This document shows, piece after piece, positions 55,732 to 64,000 of a DNA stretch of 64,000 bases. This stretch comes from Octopus vulgaris (lineage: Eukaryota), in contig OX597821.1 of the NCBI GenBank assembly GCA_951406725.2, positions 91,016,001 through 91,080,000 of the forward strand, written 5' to 3'. The notes beneath the pieces are model-generated. The model was given only the letters and a program-made list of their open reading frames with translations. It was not told the origin of the DNA and made no database searches. Each line of letters opens with the position of its first letter. Within the stretch, counting starts at the first letter, position 1. Made by a program: the position numbers and the translations under genes.

Positions 55732-55950
55732 TATTTCTTTACTGCCCACAGAGAGGGGACAAACAAGGACAGACAAACTGATTAAGACGATTACATCGAA
55801 CCCAGTGCGTAACTGGTACTTAATTTATCGACCCCGAAAGGATGAAAGGCAAAGTCAACCTCGGCGGAATTTTAACTCAGAACTTAGCGGCAGACGAAAC
55901 ACCGCTAAGCATTTCGCCCGGTGTGCTAAGGATTCTGCCAGCTCGCCGCT
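55732..55950 (-). mobile_element. SINE family B with 18-bp TSD
   Basis: TSD TTCAAGTTTTAATATTTT at 55714-55731 and 55951-55968. Confidence 0.9.
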
Positions 55951-56718
55951 TTCAAGTTTTAATATTTTCACAGCGCATTTAATGGCCTGCAACTATAATC
56001 TCCAAAATAGCCATGTTGTTTCTGACTTTGAGAAGCCTAGTTTCCAACGATTAGTACTTGCTTATCCAAGTGGCTCAATAATTACAAGTATAAATTCAAT
56101 ACTATAGCGTGGGTTGAATAATGGCAGTTTCCTCATTACTTTCAGCATAGATATTTTCTTTTACACTAAATTTTCAACACTACCTGAGCATTTCATGGGT
56201 AACGTATTCACACTAATGTGTAGAATTTCTTTTCTCCGTCTCAGATCATTAAATCGAGTTTCTTATACTTGCATTTCAATTAGAGCTTTATAGTAATCCT
56301 TTACAGTAATCTTTTATAATAATCCTTTATATAATATTTCCTTACATTTACATTGTCACAATTAACCTTTCTACAGATTTCACTGTACAGTGTTCTGACC
56401 TAGACCTTGACCCCGTGCCTTATATGCAGGTAATACTGTGCTGGTATTTTCACACTTCTACTGATAAGAAAGGTGAGGTCATTGATGTTAATTCCAGAAA
56501 GACTGTATCAGTTTTAACATCTAGTAGATTTACTTGCATCCTTTTCGATTTTATACATCAGGTTATGGTTATTTCCTGCTCCTTTATTTGCATAGATATC
56601 CATCAAAGATGGAACTAATATTCTGCTTGTTAGTCCGAGATTGACATCTTTGGTTATCGAAGCTGCTGTCACTTAGAAGCGTTCAGGCTATAAAGCCATG
56701 CATGACCTTCAACTGAAT

Positions 56719-56793
<75 letters not shown>

Positions 56794-59448
56794 CACATAT
56801 ATGTCAATACAAATATAAATACACACGCACATGTATATACATCATTTAAAGGTCATGTATTGCTCTATCGCGTGAATGATTCTATGTGACAGCAACTTCC
56901 ATAATCAGAGCTGTCAATCTCGGAATAACAAGCAAGATATTAGTTCCCTCTTTGATGGATATCTTTTCAAATCCAGAAGGAAATAACAACCTGATGGTAC
57001 AAAATAGACAAGGATGCGGGTAAATCTAAGAGGTGTTTTACATGTATATAGATTATTAACGCCGGAAGAATTATTAACGCCAAAGGGTAATCTTTATAGC
57101 CAACTTAACATGGATGTCTTATTAGAACAGGGTATACTGCGTTATTAGCCTCGGGAGATTTCCTCACGTTGACTCTTGGTGCATAAAAAATCGTAGCAGA
57201 CAAGAATCATCACTCATGGGCTTGGGTTTTCTAAAACGACATCCATTCTAAGTTAGAAATACAGATTACCTTTTGACATTAATACTGCTTCCGTCGCTAA
57301 TAATTAATTTTTAATAAGCCTGCTGGTTATTTGCGACATCGGTGTCTGAAAACATACTGATATTCAATATATCATATCATAGCAGCGCGATTTGATTAGC
57401 ATACAGTGACCGGACGCCCCCCCACTGATGATTTCCAGTAGAATGAAGTGAAGTGATATAGTAGATCCAACGCCCATGACACATGATTCTCGTCTGCTAT
57501 GTGTCTGCTTTTATTCCCCAAGCGTTTATATGAGAAGATCTCTCAAGGCTAAAAATTATGTGTTCGTTGATCTAATAAGACGTCCATGTTAAGTTAGATA
57601 TAAATATTACACTATAAATACATAATCGGTCAGTTACTCTTAAGTCCCCCATAAAGTACACTCTCAGATCTTTTGAGCAGTAATATTAAATATAGTCGTT
57701 GGTTATGGCCGGTCAGGAAGTTACCGTTTGTTGCGCACCTATAATGCGCTTAGCAATATAGGCGACTACTGAGACATGCAAGCCGGAGGCTCGTAACCTC
57801 TTTACAAATGGGGGTAAGAATACAGTCTTGGTCAGCTGGAGTTGTGAAAATCGCCATGAAATAAAATATCTTCTGGACGAGATGGAGTTAAATCATGAAC
57901 GGAAATTGTGTATAAACTGACCTTTTCGGACACAACTGGAACTGATAAAAACGAAATAACTGTATCTCACCCAGAAGGAATTTCGTTTCATGTACATATG
58001 TGTGTGTGTTTGTGTGTATCGCTTTTAATCTGATGATCTGTTACAACAGGCTTAAGCGGTTTCTCTGGAAGCTTATCCGTGGTTATCAATCAGGGAATAG
58101 TTTCTGAAAAAGCTCCTTTCCAAAGTTTATGTGAATTACAAACTTCGCCTAAGTCTAAACTTCGGTATTTTGTGGTCAGTGATTGCTGAAGGAGTATCAT
58201 GCAGTGAATAAAGTTTGCTTGAATCAATATTAAGCCTCCACTGCTTTGTTTTTGTTTTAAGTAGAGGAAACATATATATAGAGGAAGCAAATTTATGATA
58301 TGGGTTGATAATTTTGGCGTATAAACGGCATTCAATCGAATATCCCAAATATCATGAGTAAACATATTGTTGCTATTGATGTATTTTTAGCGTTTAAGTA
58401 ACGAGAATCCTGTTTTCTTTTACTTTTGTTGCAGGTTCTATCATACGATATATTTTTATCTATCCCTAAGTATCCTATAGCATCAGTCATTCGACACTAG
58501 AAAAATAATTAAGTCATTGATTAAAATATATCTAGACATGGATTTAAGGATACTTATTCCGCCAAGCCCCTCGTTATAGGCTTTGAGAACATAAAGCAAA
58601 ACCTGATTAAATCCTTCTTTTCATACCATTCATATTCTTGGCATAAACTTCCAGATTGTCCTCACACTGCAATGTGTTTGACTGCGTTAATTATTTTAAA
58701 CACTATTGTTCTCTTTTGTGTGGTGTCTATGTTTTGTAGGATGTTGGGGTGTAGATTTGAACCTTCTGGAGTTAAGAGGGCCTTTGTTTGTTTTATTTGT
58801 TCTGTTGGGAAGTGTAGTATGGTCTTTTTTGTTTTAAGGGTTCTGCAAAATTGGATTTGTTTTCAGTGGTAGTGTTGACGGCAGAGGCGACCGACCGTTT
58901 TAGCAGTTGAAGGTGAACTTGTAGTGATAGTGTTGGTATTTTCTTTCGTGGATGGTTGAAGGCTTTGCGACGATATCGCTGTTGTTGGTGGTGGTGGTGG
59001 TTGTGGCGGTGCTTGCATTCATGCTAACATTTGCACCTGCTTGTGTGAGACTTCACCCCTCCTTCCCTCCTTCATGAAGCTGTGGTGAAGGCAGTGTAGG
59101 GAAATCAACGTCAAACGAGTTGCTAAGGAGACCAGCATTCGTTACAAAACCGTCTTCATGGTTTGAAGACGCCATCCTCAAGACAAAAATAGTTAAGAAA
59201 GCCCAAAACAAATTCACAAAATCGGGGAAAACGCCACGCAGGGCAGGTTTCCCGTGTAAACAACTTGCACAATCGAATCTATTAGTTGTTGCACAACTTT
59301 TACAAAAAAAATATTATAAAATGCACAACTTTTGAAGGCAATAAAAAGCAAACTTACTACGAGTCGATGTGACTATCGTCCGTCCATAAGATAGATAGAT
59401 AGACATATAAATATGCATGCATATATTTGTATATATATATATATATAT

Positions 59449-59490
<42 letters not shown>

Positions 59491-59559
59491 GATAGATATG
59501 TATGTATGCATGTGTGTTTGTGCGCCTGTACATGTATGTGCGTATATATATGTATTATG

Positions 59560-59592
<33 letters not shown>

Positions 59593-59828
59593 TAGACTAG
59601 AAGTTAACTTCTTGTGGTCATTCGGCATGCTAGAAACAACACCCAGATTCCGTCAAATCACAGTCCATTACAGGTGGAAGAGCACACTGCTAAATTAGTT
59701 CAAAACAGTCTTCTTCAAATTGTGTCTGCCATGACAAGAACGCTTTCTATTATAAACCAAGGTTTAACAAGAACTCAACAGCAACAACGTGTGTGTGCCC
59801 GTGTGCGTGTGCGTTTGTTTATTTGTGA

Positions 59829-59883
<55 letters not shown>

Positions 59884-60069
59884 CGTGTGGGTGTATGTTG
59901 CGTATAACAGAGGAAATTGTAACTTCAGTGTAGTTGCACCTGACAGAAAAAGCAGCCTTAACTATCTCAACTCAATCACATCCTTTATATATATACATAT
60001 ATATAATTCTTTAATTTAAATTGTTTCTTATTCAAAGCTGCGGTCATGCTGGGGCACCACTGTTGACTG

Positions 60070-60510
60070 TGTTACAACCATTATTTGAAACCTCCTCTGA
60101 TATATGGCATTTGGTGAATGGGGGAGTTTGATGCTGCTGCCCTCATCTATGTTTGCTGCCGTGAAATAGGCTCATTTGGAACCCTTGACATGAGGAGATC
60201 CAGTTTTGATTTGAAGATACCTACATCCACACCAAGCAGGTCATTCAGGCATTTTAGAACGATATTGAAGAGCTGTGGGCCCTTGTTGCAGTATCGGATC
60301 TTGTATTTGATGGTGATGCTGAGATCTTTGGCACTATGCAGTGGCTCCCCGTTCTGCTGCTTGTGTAACTTTCAATGTCAGTGTTTTGATACAGGGCCTT
60401 CCTGGATTTTCCAGATGTATATCACATCATAGGTTTCCCGCCTTCGTTTTGGGGAGAAGAGTTTTAATTCTTTCAGTTTTTCTCTGTAGCTGATACGCTG
60501 TATTGAGACG
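60070..60510 (-). pseudogene. CR1-like LINE 3' fragment
   Basis: LKLFSPKRRRETYDVIYIWKI.EG...RTGSHCIVPKIS...FKSKLDLLMSRVPNEP, typical of CR1 C-termini. Confidence 0.75.
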
Positions 60511-60997
60511 ATTTTCTTCGTGTAGCTTCGTTGGATCGCATCGAGTTCCGCACTTAATTTTAAATTGTATGGTGACCATGGTTGGAAGTAGTATGTGTGT
60601 AACAGAAAAGCGCATTAGATAATGTGACTCTAGTTACACTGTGTCATCACAGCGAAGTGGATAGGAGAATACTCTCTTCGATATACAAAAGGAAATGTTG
60701 TCACGACGGAAGAGCTTTCATGATAAATCGGCTCAGTTAATGCTGACCTCAGGTTAACAAGCAACAGATAATTTCCAAGCCACTACGTCAATGATTTTCA
60801 AACTCGCTTCCTATATCAGCCCACTCCATTTCAAATGTCTTTCAGGTGACGTGCCAGCGATGATAGATATACATGTATGTGTGTCTAAACGTATACATGT
60901 ATGTGTATACATACATGTACATATGTATATATATATATATATATATGGACCAAATTTTTTCTTAAGGAAAAATATACGTTCAAATAAGTAAAACATA

Positions 60998-61032
60998 ATA
61001 TCATGAATATCGATAGCGAAACCGGTCGATAT
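60998..61032 (+). ncRNA. Hammerhead motif, A3-U8 variant, in a ~130-bp element between two (TA)n tracts
   Basis: AUAUC-AUGAAUA-ucgauagc-GAA-ACCGGU-C/GAUAU; perfect 5-bp stem I, GUC triplet, weak stem II. Confidence 0.55.
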
Positions 61033-61073
61033 ATCAAAAATTATATTAAAACTATGTAAGTGTGCGTATTTTC

Positions 61074-61119
<46 letters not shown>

Positions 61120-61942
61120 GTACACAGATGCATGCATAGAAACAAAAAAGAATATATACCTTTTAATAGCGGCATGACAAACATTCGCAATAATACATCA
61201 ATAGTTACATAAAAGTAATTATATTTTCCCTTTCTTTCTATAAAAAATATAATAGAACTTACGTGCAATATAGCGAAAATATCCCAAAATTTCGATATAT
61301 ATACATATATTTATGTCATTGTTTAGTAAATGTGAATCCAGTTCATTAATTATTATCTGTATAATGACGAAAGTTCTGTAGTTATATTAAAACATCAACA
61401 ATAGAGTAGAGTGAAGTATGAAGAACATTTGAAGTTTTGCAATATTACTTAAGCTTAGCATAAGGAATTTAATGACAAAATCTCAGCTACATAAACCATT
61501 TATGGAGAGTGAGTAAAATATATTATAAGAATACTTTGCAGTATATTTTTCTTAACTCATTTAATAACGTCTGAAATATCCTACAAATATATTATTTTAA
61601 CCACATTTGGTAGGAAGATAAGAGAGAAGAACTATAAATTTCTATTACTACCGTTAAATTAGGATAGCCAAAACTTGATGTGTTTCTTATTCAAAACCGG
61701 AAAAGTAAGTTATACACTGTCAGTACATAATTTGTAAAGGTTTCTGTTTTCATAAAAGTTTCTAAAGTAAGAACAGCGGCTATGCTACGATTTCAAAATA
61801 CAGTGACGTCTGCAGAAAAGCTAAGTCCAGTAATAACTTTTCAAGCTAAGAATAGGGCGTTTTATTCTGAAATGTCAAGCACGTTGGTAATATATTAAGG
61901 AGAGTAAGTAATCCATCTACAACGAATGACTTTCTTAACAAT

Positions 61943-62129
<187 letters not shown>

Positions 62130-62909
62130 TCATGTACATACACATAGAAACACACTCACATACAGTATGAATGTGCGTGTGTATGGAGAGAGAGAGAAAG
62201 AAAGACAGAGAGAGAGAATGACCACAAGGTATTAATACAACTAAATATAATGTGTACCTCAATAGTTTGTGGTGTTCTATAAAATAAACTGACTATATTC
62301 TAATCACAATGTAATGCTCAGGTGACTCCTGATTCCATTAATTCGAATAAGAAGTTTCGCAGACATTAATTCTCAAATATAAACTAAATTTTTAATAATC
62401 TTTTCACTCATTTTATTTCCCATAATCTCAATGTTGAAGAATATAAAAGTATATATAATAAAGTGTTATCATAATATGTAGTATAAGGCCAATGGAAAAT
62501 TTAGAAAATCAAATAGAATTTCATATGATATCATTTTACTTTCTAATACAAAGATCACAGGAATAACTTTAACATCATATATGACAGAATTGCTGCAATT
62601 ATGACGGAGTAGGGGCAGGGGAGATTAAATTTTAATTAATTTTATTCTATACGAGAATACTTTCAGTTAGAAAGGCTATTCAACTGTAAATTCTTTGTTC
62701 CCATTCTGTCGTTAAAACAGGTTTTAAAACTGCTGAATCACAGGGAGTGTATATTCAGTTTAGGCTTCTGCATATTACTCTTCCATATTGTGTGCCTTTT
62801 ACGATCCTTATCCAATTCATAAATACAAACATAAAAATTTACCAGGTATGCATTTTGTATGAAGAATACATAGTTAAGTTCGGGCTAACATAATATAATG
62901 GATTAAAAA

Positions 62910-63048
62910 GGCGGCGAACTGGCAGAAACGTTAGTATGCCGGGCGAAATGCTTGGTGGTATTTCGTCTGTCTTAACGTTCTGAGTTCAAATTCCGCCGAA
63001 TGTCGGCTTTACCGTTTATCCTTTCGGGGTCGATAAATTAAGTACTAT
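62910..63048 (+). mobile_element. SINE family B, 3'-truncated
   Basis: Head and core only. Confidence 0.85.
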
Positions 63049-64000
63049 TTGCGGAACTGTTTTGTACAGTTTACTAAAGCATAATCATTCTTTCAGTAGG
63101 TAATTTTAAGTAGACCGACGCAGTACCGGTTAAAAGACAGTTCATTAGTTTGTAGAGTCTAATTGGTTTTGGTGCTTAGATGCTTAGTCAGCAGTCAGAC
63201 AGACTTAAGTCCTATATTGCTTCGGAAGCGCCTCGATCACTCTTAAAAACAATGTGAACATTAGGACATTTGATTCTAATAAGTCAACTTTTTCGACTAG
63301 ATAATTTTTGTTACGCTTTTACCACCCCAAGAGACACTTACTGGGCAAAGAAATACTGGTTAGCATTTTTAAAAGAAAAGTGAAAAAGCATCCTTCACTT
63401 ATAATGTTTGTAGATGCACAGAAGCAAGGGTCACAACTTATAGAAATAGAACTAAAAGAAATAGAATTGATTAAATGAGAGAGAAGTTAAAATTTTACCT
63501 TCTATGTCTAATATCCTGGTTTCCCTGCCAATATCAAAATAATACACAGACTCCTCACTTCTTGTAGTGCGGGTGAGTTTTTGCGGTTCATCATAAAAAG
63601 TTTTTATTTTGGATACATGAAGGAGGCTAACGATCTACGTCGACATACCCAGGTGAACTGAAAAAGGAAACTATGTTTTTAAAGTATATATGAGAGCTAA
63701 CGACGAAGTTTTGCGACATGGATAACAACCAGAAGATATAAACACCCATCGACAACACTAAATAGATATTGTTTGCTTGATGATGAAGACACCGGAAACT
63801 TAAAACCAATGTTTATGTTGAAAAAGTACAAATAAATAGAATGACTTGAAAGGGTTCTCGATTACCGTATTGAAGCTTAAATTTTGATAAATGTAGCATC
63901 CAGAAATAGCAATTCAGTGTCATCCCCAAAGATTTTGTAACCAAACAAAATATGCCAATCATGAATTACTAGGATGATAAAAAGATTTGTGGAGTGGTAA

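Noticed and set aside
63300-63930. Possible decayed Gypsy RT on the minus strand
   Set aside because: Only vague motif resemblance; needs a profile search.

Overview
AT-rich, repeat-saturated eukaryotic non-coding DNA. The SINE and microsatellite landscape is what I recognise as octopus (coleoid cephalopod) genomic DNA; this is recognition, not a database result. I find no intact host protein-coding gene, and nearly all ORFs in the track are microsatellite or SINE artefacts. The window holds about 14 copies of one tRNA-headed SINE (family A), about 12 of a second (family B, often as dimers or trimers), two further SINE families, R4/Dong-like retrotransposon pieces inside (TAA)n tracts, RTE, CR1 and Gypsy RT relics, a deleted mariner, a mariner MITE, Tigger and Tc1/maT relics, three non-autonomous Helitrons, a PIF1 helicase relic and a 100-N gap. 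The most interesting signal is 12 type I hammerhead-ribozyme motifs (intact to degenerate) at 10 loci. They sit in short, mutually divergent elements whose 3' ends abut (TA)n microsatellites. Two are near-perfect palindromes with a hammerhead on each strand, and the core 3-8 pair covaries (C-G, U-A, A-U). These look like terminal repeats of (TA)n-targeting Penelope-like elements or retrozymes.
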